A stretch of DNA of 56,285 bases from Candidatus Scatovivens sp. (GCA_045613965.1 JAZLBY010000059.1:1-56285); one strand, 5' to 3'; shown: positions 1 to 9,732, counted from the first letter of the stretch. A program made the numbers and translations. The notes: generated by a model not told the origin, from the sequence alone.

Positions 1-76
1 ATATTTACCTAATATTAGCAGAGCAGAAATTAAAGCATTAGTAATAAGAAATAGAGAAAGTGAGGAAGTGATATAA

Positions 77-523
77 ATGCCAGATTTAGATGATGAAGAA
101 TTAAGGGCAACAAGAAAGTTGTATAAAGTAGATGTTGTTACCGGCGAAAATGTCGGTAACATACAAATAGGGGAATATGTAAGAATTAATAAAGATAGAA
201 GATACATTGGAATTGGAAAACTTGTAAGAATCTCTAGCGCAGATAAGACAATATATGTAGAAATGAGTGTAAATAGCTTGCCTATATCCTATGATAAAGA
301 ACAAATAACAAAACATAGCAAAAATATAATAGACCTAATAGAAGTAGGCGACTATGTAAATGGAGAAAAGGTGTTATGTTTTAAAAATGAAAATTGTGAT
401 TATGATATTGGAACAGAATATAGTGATGATTTTGGAGAATATTATGGATATAATGAAGAAGAGATTAAAACAATAGTAACAAAAGAACAATTTAATGCAA
501 TAGAATATAAAGTAGAGGAGTAA
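77..523 (+). CDS. hypothetical protein; member of a small paralog family (IDLIEVGDYVN motif)
   Basis: ATG with GAGGAAG RBS. Shares KHS.NIIDLIEVGDYVN and about 50 nt of near-identical DNA with the ORF at 56004. Confidence 0.6.
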   Translation: MPDLDDEELRATRKLYKVDVVTGENVGNIQIGEYVRINKDRRYIGIGKLVRISSADKTIYVEMSVNSLPISYDKEQITKHSKNIIDLIEVGDYVNGEKVLCFKNENCDYDIGTEYSDDFGEYYGYNEEEIKTIVTKEQFNAIEYKVEE

Positions 524-526
524 ATA

Positions 527-781
527 ATGTTAAAAATAAAAGATAATGTAGATTTAAAAGAATTAGAAAAGTTTGGTTTTAAGTACGATAAAGAAATGAA
601 TTATTATTATAAACATTGTCTAGGTACATTTAATAAGTTTATTGTATTAATAGAAGAAGATATAGATAGTTTTAGAGGGCAAATTGTTTTTTATAATGAT
701 AGTGCATTTAATACAACATTATATATGAGTACATTATATGATTTAATACAAGCAGGTTTAGTAGAAAAAGTGGAGGAATAA
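527..781 (+). CDS. hypothetical protein
   Basis: ORF with GAGGAG RBS, tightly packed in a same-strand gene train. Confidence 0.55.
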   Translation: MLKIKDNVDLKELEKFGFKYDKEMNYYYKHCLGTFNKFIVLIEEDIDSFRGQIVFYNDSAFNTTLYMSTLYDLIQAGLVEKVEE

Positions 782-782
782 G

Positions 783-1109
783 ATGACGAAAATAATTTAT
801 GATAGAATTCCAACGTATGAAGAGCTAAAATCATTAGATAAAAACTATGAATATAGTTACATAATATATAATATAGCAGGTTCTGGATATATTAGAATTT
901 ATTATAATGAAGATGGATATGGCAAAATATCAGTAGACTATATGGAAGGTGGATATTTACATGGTATACATTTACCAATATGTACTAAAACTGATATTAT
1001 AGAAAACGAATTCTATAACTTAAACAAAAAGAATTACAACAAAATAATTAAATTCATAAAAGTATCAAGAGATGCTATCATAGAAGAATTAAATAAATAT
1101 GATATATAA
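783..1109 (+). CDS. hypothetical protein
   Basis: ORF with GGAGGA RBS in a tight gene train. Confidence 0.55.
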   Translation: MTKIIYDRIPTYEELKSLDKNYEYSYIIYNIAGSGYIRIYYNEDGYGKISVDYMEGGYLHGIHLPICTKTDIIENEFYNLNKKNYNKIIKFIKVSRDAIIEELNKYDI

Positions 1110-1122
1110 GGAGGCGAATTTA

Positions 1123-1341
1123 ATGAACGAAGAAGAAAATTTAAAGCAATATAGTATCGCAGGTTTAAAAAATGGTACAGAAAAATGGTACAGAGAAGGA
1201 AAATTTAGAGATGTAGAAAGTGCAAAGCATTTCTTTAAACATCACAGAAAAGACTTCAAAAATTATTCAAAGCTAAAAATACAATCAAGAACTATAACAA
1301 AATGGGAAGATGAAATGGAGGTTGATTGGTTAGATGAATAA
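1123..1341 (+). CDS. hypothetical protein
   Basis: The in-frame ATG at 1123 follows an AAGGAGG RBS. The track start at 1099 has no RBS. Confidence 0.5.
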   Translation: MNEEENLKQYSIAGLKNGTEKWYREGKFRDVESAKHFFKHHRKDFKNYSKLKIQSRTITKWEDEMEVDWLDE

Positions 1342-1753
1342 TATGCGAGAAATTAAGTACAGAGCAAAAGTAAAAGAAAAAGGATTAGACAACTTTTGGG
1401 AATATGGTGGAATAATTCATATTACAGAGAAATATAAAGATGAAGAAGACTTTGAAGAATGTGATATATGGCAGCTTATAAACGAAAGTGGTGTAGGATT
1501 TAATATAGATAAAGACACAATAGGACAATTTACAGGGTTATATGATAAAAACGGAAAAGAAATATATGAGGGAGATATAGTAAAATTTAAAATGTATGAT
1601 GGAGAATATGAAAACTATAAAATAGTATTTAGAAATGCAGAATTTGAAGCCATCAATGAAGATGATACAAACTTTATTTCTACAGATATTTGGAATGTGT
1701 ATGGAGAAGTAATAGGAAATATATATAATAATCATGAATTGTTGGAGGAGTAA
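1334..1753 (+). CDS. YopX-family protein
   Basis: IGQFTGLYDKNGKEIYEGDIV ... GNIYNNHELLE is the typical YopX domain pattern. Confidence 0.75.
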   Translation: MNNMREIKYRAKVKEKGLDNFWEYGGIIHITEKYKDEEDFEECDIWQLINESGVGFNIDKDTIGQFTGLYDKNGKEIYEGDIVKFKMYDGEYENYKIVFRNAEFEAINEDDTNFISTDIWNVYGEVIGNIYNNHELLEE

Positions 1754-1754
1754 T

Positions 1755-1907
1755 ATGGTAAAAAAAGAAGATATAAAAGTGTTATTAGATAGAAGAAAAG
1801 AATTACAAGAAAAAATAAACAAACTAAATGCAGAATATACAGCATTAGGAAATTTGCTAGAAGAAATAATAAAACATGAAGAAAAGGAGAGAGATGATGG
1901 AAGATGA
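1755..1907 (+). CDS. small coiled-coil protein (50 aa)
   Basis: ATG 4 nt after the YopX stop, with a GGAGGAG RBS. Not in the track because it is under 60 aa. ATGA overlap with the next ORF. Confidence 0.4.
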   Translation: MVKKEDIKVLLDRRKELQEKINKLNAEYTALGNLLEEIIKHEEKERDDGR

Positions 1908-2125
1908 ATGAAGAAGAAATACAAGGAGCAGTAATAGATAGAATACATGATTTTTTAATGAAAGAAGGAGAAAGAATAAAAGCAGACAAAACTAAATCTC
2001 TTGAACAAAAATTATTAGAAGTAGATGTATTATTAGATACAATGAAATTTCTAGGAAAATATAAAAAGAATATTAAAGTGCTGCAAGAAGATTTATCAAA
2101 GAAAAAATATGAAAGGGAGATGTAA
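1904..2125 (+). CDS. hypothetical protein
   Basis: ORF in the gene train with a translationally coupled start. Confidence 0.5.
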   Translation: MNEEEIQGAVIDRIHDFLMKEGERIKADKTKSLEQKLLEVDVLLDTMKFLGKYKKNIKVLQEDLSKKKYEREM

Positions 2126-2129
2126 ACTA

Positions 2130-2402
2130 ATGAATTTAATAGAAAAACTTGAAGAAGAAATTTGGCAACAAACAAGAAATGGCAGAAAGTCTATTTATGT
2201 AGAGGCTGATGACCTTAGAACATTAGGTTATAATATAGATAAAAATAAAAAAGGCAGAACTTTTGTTGACTTAGAAGAATTAAGAGCGTATATGAAAAGA
2301 TACAAATTTAAAAATGATTTAAAAGTAGATGTAAAACCTGAAATAACATATAAACAATTAGAAGATGAAATTAAAAATATTGAAAGAGGTAGAGAAGATT
2401 AA
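2130..2402 (+). CDS. hypothetical protein
   Basis: ATG at 2130 is preceded by an AGGGAG RBS. The track start at 2109 overlaps the upstream ORF. Confidence 0.5.
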   Translation: MNLIEKLEEEIWQQTRNGRKSIYVEADDLRTLGYNIDKNKKGRTFVDLEELRAYMKRYKFKNDLKVDVKPEITYKQLEDEIKNIERGRED

Positions 2403-2424
2403 TAACAAAGGAGAGTAATAGGCA

Positions 2425-2766
2425 ATGTTTCAATTATATGCACAACATAAATTAAAAGGCTGGGTAGATGAAGATAAAGATATAAGAAAAGGAAGATTTA
2501 TTTCAGAGGATTTAGATGAATTAGTATTATTAGCTGAAAAACTTGACCCACATAATTATTATGAATATATGATTATAGAACATAGAAAAGATGGAGATAG
2601 AACTGTTAGAAATCAACAGCTGTATCAGGAATGTGAAGTAGAATACTCTGATGATGTAAAAACAAGTTTTGAAGTAAAAGCAACAACATTTAAGGTAAGC
2701 AGAACAAAGAAGAAAGAAGAACTAAAAAAAGAAATAGACAAATACTATAACGGAGAGGAAATATAA
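2425..2766 (+). CDS. hypothetical protein
   Basis: ORF with AAGGAG RBS. Confidence 0.55.
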   Translation: MFQLYAQHKLKGWVDEDKDIRKGRFISEDLDELVLLAEKLDPHNYYEYMIIEHRKDGDRTVRNQQLYQECEVEYSDDVKTSFEVKATTFKVSRTKKKEELKKEIDKYYNGEEI

Positions 2767-2768
2767 TT

Positions 2769-2903
2769 ATGGGAGGTTTAAAAATATTTATGATATTTAT
2801 GATAATATCTATAATAGTATTATCAATTCAATTATATGTAATTTTTGAACTTTTAGAAACATTTAAAGAAGGAGAAAAAAGATGGGAGAAATTAAAATTT
2901 TAG
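2769..2903 (+). CDS. small membrane protein (44 aa)
   Basis: ATG directly after the upstream stop. The hydrophobic core IFMIFMIISIIVLSIQLYVIF fills an otherwise unexplained gap. Confidence 0.35.
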   Translation: MGGLKIFMIFMIISIIVLSIQLYVIFELLETFKEGEKRWEKLKF

Positions 2904-4807
2904 AATTATTTGGTGGTATAGGAGCAATAAGAAAAGCTTTTGAAAGACAAAATATACCACATAAAGTTGTAGATTATGTGGAAATAGATAAATATGCAGT
3001 TGCAAGTTATAATGCAATGTTTAATGAAAATTTTGAACCACAAGATATAACAAAATGGGATAAAAATATAGATGTAGATTTTATAATGCACGGTAGTCCT
3101 TGTCAAGATTTTTCAGTTGCTGGAAAACAAGCAGGTGGAGATTTAGGTAGTGGAACAAGGTCAAGTTTAATGTACGAAACAATAAGAATAGTAGGCAAAT
3201 TAAGACCAAAATATGTAATGTGGGAAAATGTAAAGAATTTATTGTCAAGTAAACATAAACACAATTTTGATGCTTATATAGAAACTATGGATATATTAGG
3301 ATATAATTCATATTATCAAGTTTTAAATGGAAAAGATTATGGAATACCACAAAATAGAGAAAGAGTTTATACAATATCTATTAGAAAAGACATAGATAAA
3401 GGAAATTTTGTATTCCCAGAGAAAGAAGAACTTAAATTAAGACTAAAAGATATGTTAGAGCCAAAAGTAGATGAAAAATATTATTTAAGTGATGATAAGG
3501 TTTCTAAAATAGAATGTAGTAATTTTATGCAAGAAAGAAAGAGAATACAAGAAAAGGAATACTCTGATACTATTTTAGCAAGAGATTGGAAAGACCCTAA
3601 ATGTGTAAGAGTTGGTGGAATATTTGATGATGAAAAATCTAAACACCAAGCAGGCAGTATATACGACAAAGAAGGTTTAGCTCCTACATTAGATGTTATG
3701 CAAGGTGGTTGGAGACAACCTAGTATCGTAGAAGAAAAATTACCAGGAGCTTATGGTAGAAATTTTGGTAGTAAAGGTAAAATACAAGATACAAATGGAG
3801 AATGTGATACATTACAAGCAGCAATGGGAAATGGTGGTGGAAATGTACCAATAATTAAAACAATAGGAAATTATATGCCAAGTGGACACGATGCAAGCAG
3901 AATAGTTGATAGTGAAGGTATAGCACCAACAGTTAAAGAAAATCATGGAACAGTAACAGCTATTGCTGAGCCATCAATAATAACACATAATATTGTTCAA
4001 AAAGTATTAGTTAGAAAGTATCCAGTTGACATAGAAAAATTAAAAGAAATATTAAGAGATGCTAAATTAGAAACAGAATTAACTAATAATGAACTTGCAG
4101 AAGAATTAAATATACCAAGAACTCAAATAGAACATTATTTTAGAAAAGATAATAGTTTTGCAATACCAGACCCTAATATTTGGTTTAGATTAAAACAATT
4201 ATTAAATATAAAAACCAATGAATTTGATGAAAGTATAATGACATTTGAAGAAAAAGAAGGAGTTTATGAAAAAGCTAATAGAGTATATGATGAACAAGGA
4301 ATTGCTCCAACATTAACTCAACAAGAAGAAAAAATAATAGAATATGAAAGAACTCCACTTAAATTTTTAAATAGAAATCAAAAAAATATTGAAGGAGATT
4401 ATGCTTATTGTATAGATAGTAGCAACACTGGTGGAATAAAAGAAACAACATATTTAGTAAAACCTGAATTAACAAACAATGATAAAAGATTAAAAAAATT
4501 AGTAGAAAATACTGACTTTGAAGAAGGAAAAGTTTTAAATTTAGATACATATAATCAAACTACTAACGAAAATATAAGTCAAACATTAACAGAACCAAAT
4601 CATAATACTCAAAGATTATTTGATGGCTATAGAATAAGAAAACTTACTCCAAAAGAATGTTGGAGACTTATGGGATTTAATGATGAAGATTTTGAAAGAG
4701 CAGAGAAAATAAATAGTAATACACAATTATATAAACAAGCAGGAAATTCTATTATCGTAAATGTATTAGAAAAAATATTGACAAATTTATTCGACAATCG
4801 AAAATAA
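2882..4807 (+). CDS. dcm: DNA (cytosine-5)-methyltransferase with a greatly expanded variable region (three TRD-like modules plus an HTH-like insert)
   Basis: Motif I FGGIG, motif IV SPCQDFS, motif VI ENV, motif VIII QNRERV, motif IX RKLTPKECWRLMGF, motif X QAGNSI. About 400 aa lie between motifs VIII and IX, containing EGLAPTL, EGIAPTV and QGIAPTL. Confidence 0.9.
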   Translation: MGEIKILELFGGIGAIRKAFERQNIPHKVVDYVEIDKYAVASYNAMFNENFEPQDITKWDKNIDVDFIMHGSPCQDFSVAGKQAGGDLGSGTRSSLMYETIRIVGKLRPKYVMWENVKNLLSSKHKHNFDAYIETMDILGYNSYYQVLNGKDYGIPQNRERVYTISIRKDIDKGNFVFPEKEELKLRLKDMLEPKVDEKYYLSDDKVSKIECSNFMQERKRIQEKEYSDTILARDWKDPKCVRVGGIFDDEKSKHQAGSIYDKEGLAPTLDVMQGGWRQPSIVEEKLPGAYGRNFGSKGKIQDTNGECDTLQAAMGNGGGNVPIIKTIGNYMPSGHDASRIVDSEGIAPTVKENHGTVTAIAEPSIITHNIVQKVLVRKYPVDIEKLKEILRDAKLETELTNNELAEELNIPRTQIEHYFRKDNSFAIPDPNIWFRLKQLLNIKTNEFDESIMTFEEKEGVYEKANRVYDEQGIAPTLTQQEEKIIEYERTPLKFLNRNQKNIEGDYAYCIDSSNTGGIKETTYLVKPELTNNDKRLKKLVENTDFEEGKVLNLDTYNQTTNENISQTLTEPNHNTQRLFDGYRIRKLTPKECWRLMGFNDEDFERAEKINSNTQLYKQAGNSIIVNVLEKILTNLFDNRK

Positions 4808-4873
4808 GACACTTTTATATTATAAACAGCAAATTACAAATGATAAGTTGTAAAAATGATTTAGGAGGCAATT

Positions 4874-5047
4874 ATGCGTTATTTTTATGTATTTGATAGA
4901 ATAGCAAAGAGCAGTAAAAAATTTGGAACTATTAGTGAAGCAAAACACGAAGCTGAAAGAATAATGAAAATTTATTTAAGATTAAATAATAGAGTAAAAA
5001 TGAGGAAGGTCAATGATAATTTTTACATTGAACTAGAGAGGAGTTAA
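4874..5047 (+). CDS. hypothetical protein (57 aa)
   Basis: ATG after a TAGGAGG RBS. Ends 1 nt before the next start. Below the track size cut-off. Confidence 0.45.
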   Translation: MRYFYVFDRIAKSSKKFGTISEAKHEAERIMKIYLRLNNRVKMRKVNDNFYIELERS

Positions 5048-5048
5048 T

Positions 5049-5237
5049 ATGAAAATAAAAGTATATGCACCAGATAATATAACCTTTGAAAGATTAAGAC
5101 CAGGAACAAATTGGTTTGGAAAGCTAGTATTTATACCATTTGATGGGCTTAATGATGAAGAAGCAAAAGAATTATTAAATATTTTACATTCAAACAGAAT
5201 AATACTTGATATAAAAGCAGAGGAGAAAGAAAAATGA
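5049..5237 (+). CDS. hypothetical protein
   Basis: ORF with GAGAGGAG RBS. Confidence 0.5.
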   Translation: MKIKVYAPDNITFERLRPGTNWFGKLVFIPFDGLNDEEAKELLNILHSNRIILDIKAEEKEK

Positions 5238-5374
5238 TAGTTAGATGTGAAAAATGTAAAGAAACCATTGATATAAAAAGTTTTCTAATGATACAAGCTT
5301 TTGTAAAAGATGGAATGCCAATAATGTGCAGCAAATGTGGAAACGAAATTTATTACAAGGAGGAACAAAAATGA
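5234..5374 (+). CDS. small zinc-ribbon protein (46 aa)
   Basis: CEKC ... CSKC pairs. ATGA overlaps on both sides. Confidence 0.45.
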   Translation: MIVRCEKCKETIDIKSFLMIQAFVKDGMPIMCSKCGNEIYYKEEQK

Positions 5375-5694
5375 AAAATGATAAAAACGAATTAATAAAA
5401 TTAGTAAAAGAAAACCCTGATTTACCTCTTGTTTTTATGGTAGATAATGACCAAATTGCTTGGGATTATGGAGCTACAGTATATCAAGATTTTTGGTGCT
5501 ATGTATCAGAAGTATATGTACTAGAAGAAGAATGGTCTGATGATTTTGATTATGTTGTAGAAAAATTTTCAAATGACTTATGCGATGATGAGAAATACAA
5601 AGATATGACAGATGAAGAATTCAATAAAGCAATGCAAGACTATGTAAACGAAAATGTAGAACATTATAAAGCAATAGTAGTAAATGTAGGGTAA
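5371..5694 (+). CDS. hypothetical acidic protein
   Basis: ATG at 5371 follows an AAGGAGGA RBS. The longer track ORF from 5326 lacks an RBS. Confidence 0.55.
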   Translation: MKNDKNELIKLVKENPDLPLVFMVDNDQIAWDYGATVYQDFWCYVSEVYVLEEEWSDDFDYVVEKFSNDLCDDEKYKDMTDEEFNKAMQDYVNENVEHYKAIVVNVG

Positions 5695-5707
5695 ATGGAG
5701 GAATATT

Positions 5708-6091
5708 ATGGAGAAAGACATAGAAATATTACAAACTTTTTTACTTGCTGATATACCTGAAATAATAACACAAGAAGAATTTGATGATGTAAAGCAATCA
5801 ATACAAAATTTATTAAATAGAAATAAGAAATTAGAAATAAGTGATATGAGTAAAGAAAAGAGTTCTATGAATTATTATAATTTATATAAAGAAGAAAAAG
5901 CTACTAATATGGAATTGCTTACACGATTAAGGTCAGATAGTTTTTTAGATAGAGATAATTATTGGAAAGATAAAATAAGAAAATTCATAAAAGAAGAACT
6001 GCCTGATGATGAAATAATGGAAGTCTGCAGTTGTTATGATGTAAACGGAGTATCATTAAGGAGAGAATTAGAAAAAATGTTGAAGGAGTAA
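5708..6091 (+). CDS. hypothetical protein
   Basis: ORF with GGAGGA RBS. Confidence 0.55.
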   Translation: MEKDIEILQTFLLADIPEIITQEEFDDVKQSIQNLLNRNKKLEISDMSKEKSSMNYYNLYKEEKATNMELLTRLRSDSFLDRDNYWKDKIRKFIKEELPDDEIMEVCSCYDVNGVSLRRELEKMLKE

Positions 6092-6094
6092 AAC

Positions 6095-6445
6095 ATGAAA
6101 GAAGATGAAATAAAAGAAATATTAGAAGAAGCTGAAGAAATAGCTAAAGATTTTGATGGTGGCTGGTGGAATTATAGAGTTATAGAAAAAACAGAAAAAT
6201 GGGACAGCCCTTTTGATAGAAAAATACATACAGAAAATTATTACGAAATACATGAAGTTTATTATAATGGAAAAGGAGAAATTATAGCTTGGAGCGAGAA
6301 TTCAATAAGCTTATACTTTGAAAGTTATAGAGATTTTAAAGACACATTAAAACATATAAAACAAGCTACTAAGAGAAGTGTTCTTAAATTAGAAGATGAT
6401 AAATTAGAAGATACACATAAGTTGTTAAAATTTAGGAGTTATTAA
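6095..6445 (+). CDS. hypothetical protein
   Basis: ORF with AAGGAG RBS. Confidence 0.55.
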   Translation: MKEDEIKEILEEAEEIAKDFDGGWWNYRVIEKTEKWDSPFDRKIHTENYYEIHEVYYNGKGEIIAWSENSISLYFESYRDFKDTLKHIKQATKRSVLKLEDDKLEDTHKLLKFRSY

Positions 6446-6446
6446 A

Positions 6447-6758
6447 ATGTTTAATATAAAGCAAATATTAAAGCAAAGAAAACTAAAAAAAGAAAGAAAA
6501 TTACATGATAAACCTTATTTAGATAAACCAATAGAGTTATTAGAGCCAAAACATTTTGAATACAAAATAGTATATGATACAAATGAAATACAAGAAGGAG
6601 AGTGCATCGTAAATTACGAAGATGACTTAGCAGAAATGTTTTTAAGAAATAAGTATACTATATGTAATAACAACGAAAATTTCATTTGGTATAACTCTGA
6701 TAGAATATTATTTTTTGAAGCAAAAGAAATAAAGAAAGATAAGAAAGGAGAAAAATAA
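6447..6758 (+). CDS. hypothetical protein
   Basis: ORF with TAGGAG RBS. Confidence 0.55.
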   Translation: MFNIKQILKQRKLKKERKLHDKPYLDKPIELLEPKHFEYKIVYDTNEIQEGECIVNYEDDLAEMFLRNKYTICNNNENFIWYNSDRILFFEAKEIKKDKKGEK

Positions 6759-6761
6759 ACT

Positions 6762-6986
6762 ATGTATACAATAAGATTAGAAATGCTTGAAATATTAAAA
6801 GATGGAAGAACTAATAATTATCTTGGAGACCAATTAGGAATATCTCCACAACATATTTGTAATATTTTAAAAGGTCATAAATGCACATATTTAACTGCAA
6901 AATCATTAATAAGTATGAAAGAAAAGATAGCAATTAATGATGATAAAATGGAAGAATTATTAAATTACTATTTTGATAAAATTTAA
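6762..6986 (+). CDS. small HTH (XRE/Cro-like) DNA-binding protein
   Basis: YLGDQLGISPQHICNILKG resembles a helix-turn-helix. Confidence 0.5.
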   Translation: MYTIRLEMLEILKDGRTNNYLGDQLGISPQHICNILKGHKCTYLTAKSLISMKEKIAINDDKMEELLNYYFDKI

Positions 6987-7000
6987 TAGGAGGAAGAAGT

Positions 7001-8467
7001 ATGATTAGTTTGACAGAAAAAAGAAGTGAGCTAGATTTAATAGCTATAAATAAAAAAGAAAACAAACAAAATTTAGATATACCATATACTTGGATAACTG
7101 TCAATGAAAAGCCTGCAAAAGATGAAGATTATGTAAAAAGAGAATATACTTTAAATCCTATGGAACTAGCAAACTGGATAAGAAACAATACTGATTATAT
7201 TTTTGTTAGAGGAAATGCTAGTGAAGGCACACTTACATATATATACATAAATGGTTATTATAAATATATCTCTGATAACGAATTTAAAAGCTTTATAAAA
7301 TCATTTATTCCTTACCAATTAAGAAAAACTAGAGATATAAATGAAATCTTTTCAGACTTAACAACTGATATGAAGTTTGTTGATTATGAACAACTAAATT
7401 CTGATGAAGATATAATAAATTTTCAAGATGGAATATTAAACTTAAAAACATGGGAATTAGAACCACATTCTTCTGATATATTATCTACAATCCAAATTCC
7501 AGCAAAATATAGAGATATAGAAGAAGCAGATGCAACTGCTGTTGAATTTGAAAAATATATGATGACATTATGCGATAATGATATAGAAACATATTTATTA
7601 TTATTAGAATGCTTAGGTTTAATAATTTCTAATATTTATGGGTATAGAACAAAAAAAGCTTTGTTTTTAGTTGGAAAAGGAAACACAGGTAAATCTCAAT
7701 TAAAAAAGTTGGCAGAATTTCTTGTGGGAAATGATAATGTTTCAAATATAGATTTAAAGAAAGTAAACGAAAGATTTGGAGCAGCAAGTTTATACCAAAA
7801 AAGATTATCTGGTTGTAACGATATGAGTTATCAAAGAATAGAAGATATGAGCATATTCAAGCAATTAACTGGTGGAGATAGTATAGAAATAGAATTTAAA
7901 AACAAGAACCCTTTTAATTTCTTGTACAAAGGCTTCTTATGGTTCAATTGTAACAAATTGCCTTTATTTGGTGGAGACACAGGCAAATGGGTATACGATA
8001 GAATTATGCCAGTATATTGTAATAATGTAATAGAAAAGAAGGACCAAGACCCTTTCTTATTCGATAAAATATTAGAAGAAAAGAATTCAATACTAAAGAA
8101 TATATTAATAGCACTAAAACAATTTATAAATAATGAATACAAGTTTGATGAACCTGAAAAAATGCGTGAAAGCAGAGAAAAATATGAAATAGAAAACAAT
8201 ACATTATTAACTTTTATTAAAGAATGCTGCGAATTAAAATATGAGGTTTCTCCTTATTCAAGAACTAAAAGAAGAGTATTCAAAGATGCTTACGATGTTT
8301 GGATAAAGAAAAACAACAATGGAAAAGGAAAACTTAATTCAAAAGAAGTTAGTAAAATACTTGAAGAAAGATATGAAGAATATGGAGTAAAAAGCAACGG
8401 CACAATGTATATGTCAAAATTAATAGTAAAACCAGAGGCGTTAGAAGAATTAGGCATATATGAATAA
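7001..8467 (+). CDS. D5 / P4-family primase-helicase (SF3 NTPase)
   Basis: Walker A VGKGNTGKS, then a Walker B-like region and a C-terminal winged-helix-like tail. Size and layout match phage/plasmid primase P4-family C-terminal domain proteins. Confidence 0.75.
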   Translation: MISLTEKRSELDLIAINKKENKQNLDIPYTWITVNEKPAKDEDYVKREYTLNPMELANWIRNNTDYIFVRGNASEGTLTYIYINGYYKYISDNEFKSFIKSFIPYQLRKTRDINEIFSDLTTDMKFVDYEQLNSDEDIINFQDGILNLKTWELEPHSSDILSTIQIPAKYRDIEEADATAVEFEKYMMTLCDNDIETYLLLLECLGLIISNIYGYRTKKALFLVGKGNTGKSQLKKLAEFLVGNDNVSNIDLKKVNERFGAASLYQKRLSGCNDMSYQRIEDMSIFKQLTGGDSIEIEFKNKNPFNFLYKGFLWFNCNKLPLFGGDTGKWVYDRIMPVYCNNVIEKKDQDPFLFDKILEEKNSILKNILIALKQFINNEYKFDEPEKMRESREKYEIENNTLLTFIKECCELKYEVSPYSRTKRRVFKDAYDVWIKKNNNGKGKLNSKEVSKILEERYEEYGVKSNGTMYMSKLIVKPEALEELGIYE

Positions 8468-8676
8468 AAGAGGTGGTAGATATACATAAGACAGATGAAT
8501 TATTTTTATATGGAAAATTAAGAGATAAAAGTAAAGCAGTTGCGTATTGTGAGCTGCATAAATGTTACCTAGAACCAATCGATATAAAAGAGAAAAAATG
8601 TAACTTCAAGAAATGCAAGTATAGAAAGGATTTGTAAAAAAATAAAAAACTTTTTTAGGAAATTTTTTAAAACCCC

Positions 8677-8705
8677 TTGACAATATTTTAAAATTATGGT
8701 ACAAT
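8677..8705 (+). promoter_or_regulatory. sigma-70/sigA-type promoter with extended -10
   Basis: TTGACA, 17 nt spacer, TACAAT, preceded by TGg (TGGTACAAT). Confidence 0.6.
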
Positions 8706-8734
8706 TAAGAAAATAGAGAAAGGGGAGTGAATAT

Positions 8735-8842
8735 ATGAGTTGGGAAAAAGTTATGAAATTATTTAAAAAATCAGACAAGTTTTTAGATAAGGTTCAAAAA
8801 CTTGCAGACCAAGCAAAAAAAGAAGCGAAGAATTTTAAATAA
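8735..8842 (+). CDS. small basic protein (35 aa)
   Basis: ATG 7 nt after GGGGAG, immediately downstream of the promoter at 8677. Confidence 0.35.
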   Translation: MSWEKVMKLFKKSDKFLDKVQKLADQAKKEAKNFK

Positions 8843-8887
8843 TTCTTCCTTCAAAAAAAATATAAAAAAGAAAGGTTGGGAAAGGTT

Positions 8888-9118
8888 ATGGTTAAATTAA
8901 ATGTACCAAAAAAATATCAAAAATATTTCGGAATGTTGGAGGCAGAAGCAGACTTAATAGATGATTGCAAATATATGTTATATTTTGCTAAAGGATATGC
9001 GTGGGAAGGAGAATACCCTATAGTACCCGTAAGAAGTAAAAAAGAAGCATTAGAATATTTAAAAAATGCTTATCCAGAAAAAGGATATGAAGAACTTAAA
9101 GCGAAAGGATTGGTGTAA
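8888..9118 (+). CDS. hypothetical protein
   Basis: In-frame ATG. The track ORF begins at a TTG at 8876. Confidence 0.5.
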   Translation: MVKLNVPKKYQKYFGMLEAEADLIDDCKYMLYFAKGYAWEGEYPIVPVRSKKEALEYLKNAYPEKGYEELKAKGLV

Positions 9119-9119
9119 C

Positions 9120-9332
9120 ATGTGGTCAATAATCCAATTAAGAGATAGAAATGAAACACCATTGTTTGAAGAAGATGACTATGAAGATGGCTTAATCCTA
9201 GATGGCTATACTACAAAAAAAGAAACTTTAGATGAAGTTAAAAATATGAGATTTGTCCAAAACCTAGCTATAGGTTTTGGGCTACAAGACAAAAAATATA
9301 GATGGGAAATAGTAAGAGAGGAGGAAATATAG
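9120..9332 (+). CDS. hypothetical protein
   Basis: ATG at 9120 abuts the previous stop. The track start at 9066 would overlap by 53 nt. Confidence 0.5.
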   Translation: MWSIIQLRDRNETPLFEEDDYEDGLILDGYTTKKETLDEVKNMRFVQNLAIGFGLQDKKYRWEIVREEEI

Positions 9333-9333
9333 T

Positions 9334-9570
9334 ATGGAGTATATAATGTTTATTTTAATAGGAATGATTGCTGGAATATTATTAACAGCAACAATAGCAT
9401 ATGAAATAATTAACAAGTTAAAAGATACAATTAATTCAAGTGTTGATGCACTAGAGTTAGGAGAAGATATAATAATGTCTCAATCAGAGGCAATAACAAA
9501 CCTAGAAGCAAATTTAGAGTTTGTAACAAATAATTTATCAGCTAGAAATAAAAAAGATAATAGGAATTAA
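9334..9570 (+). CDS. small membrane protein
   Basis: N-terminal TM segment FILIGMIAGILLTATIAY. GAGGAGGA RBS. Confidence 0.55.
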   Translation: MEYIMFILIGMIAGILLTATIAYEIINKLKDTINSSVDALELGEDIIMSQSEAITNLEANLEFVTNNLSARNKKDNRN

Positions 9571-9587
9571 ATAAGGAGTTGATGTGT

Positions 9588-9728
9588 ATGTATCAAATAG
9601 TAATGCTAAACAAAGATGGTACAAAATTTGAAAAAAGATTTGAAAGTGAATATTTATATAACAAATTTTTAAACAAAGTCAAACATAGTAAAACTCTAAC
9701 ATTATTATATTATGGAAAGGAGGGTTAA
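9588..9728 (+). CDS. hypothetical protein (46 aa)
   Basis: ATG 10 nt after AAGGAG. Fills the gap before 9733. Confidence 0.4.
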   Translation: MYQIVMLNKDGTKFEKRFESEYLYNKFLNKVKHSKTLTLLYYGKEG

Positions 9729-9732
9729 AAAA

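Noticed and set aside
310-362. Near-identical 50-nt segments at 310-362 and 56170-56223, as possible terminal repeats or terminal redundancy.
   Set aside because: They lie inside coding sequences at equivalent protein positions (the KHS.NIIDLIEVGDYVN motif) and diverge on both sides. They reflect paralogous genes, not terminal repeats.
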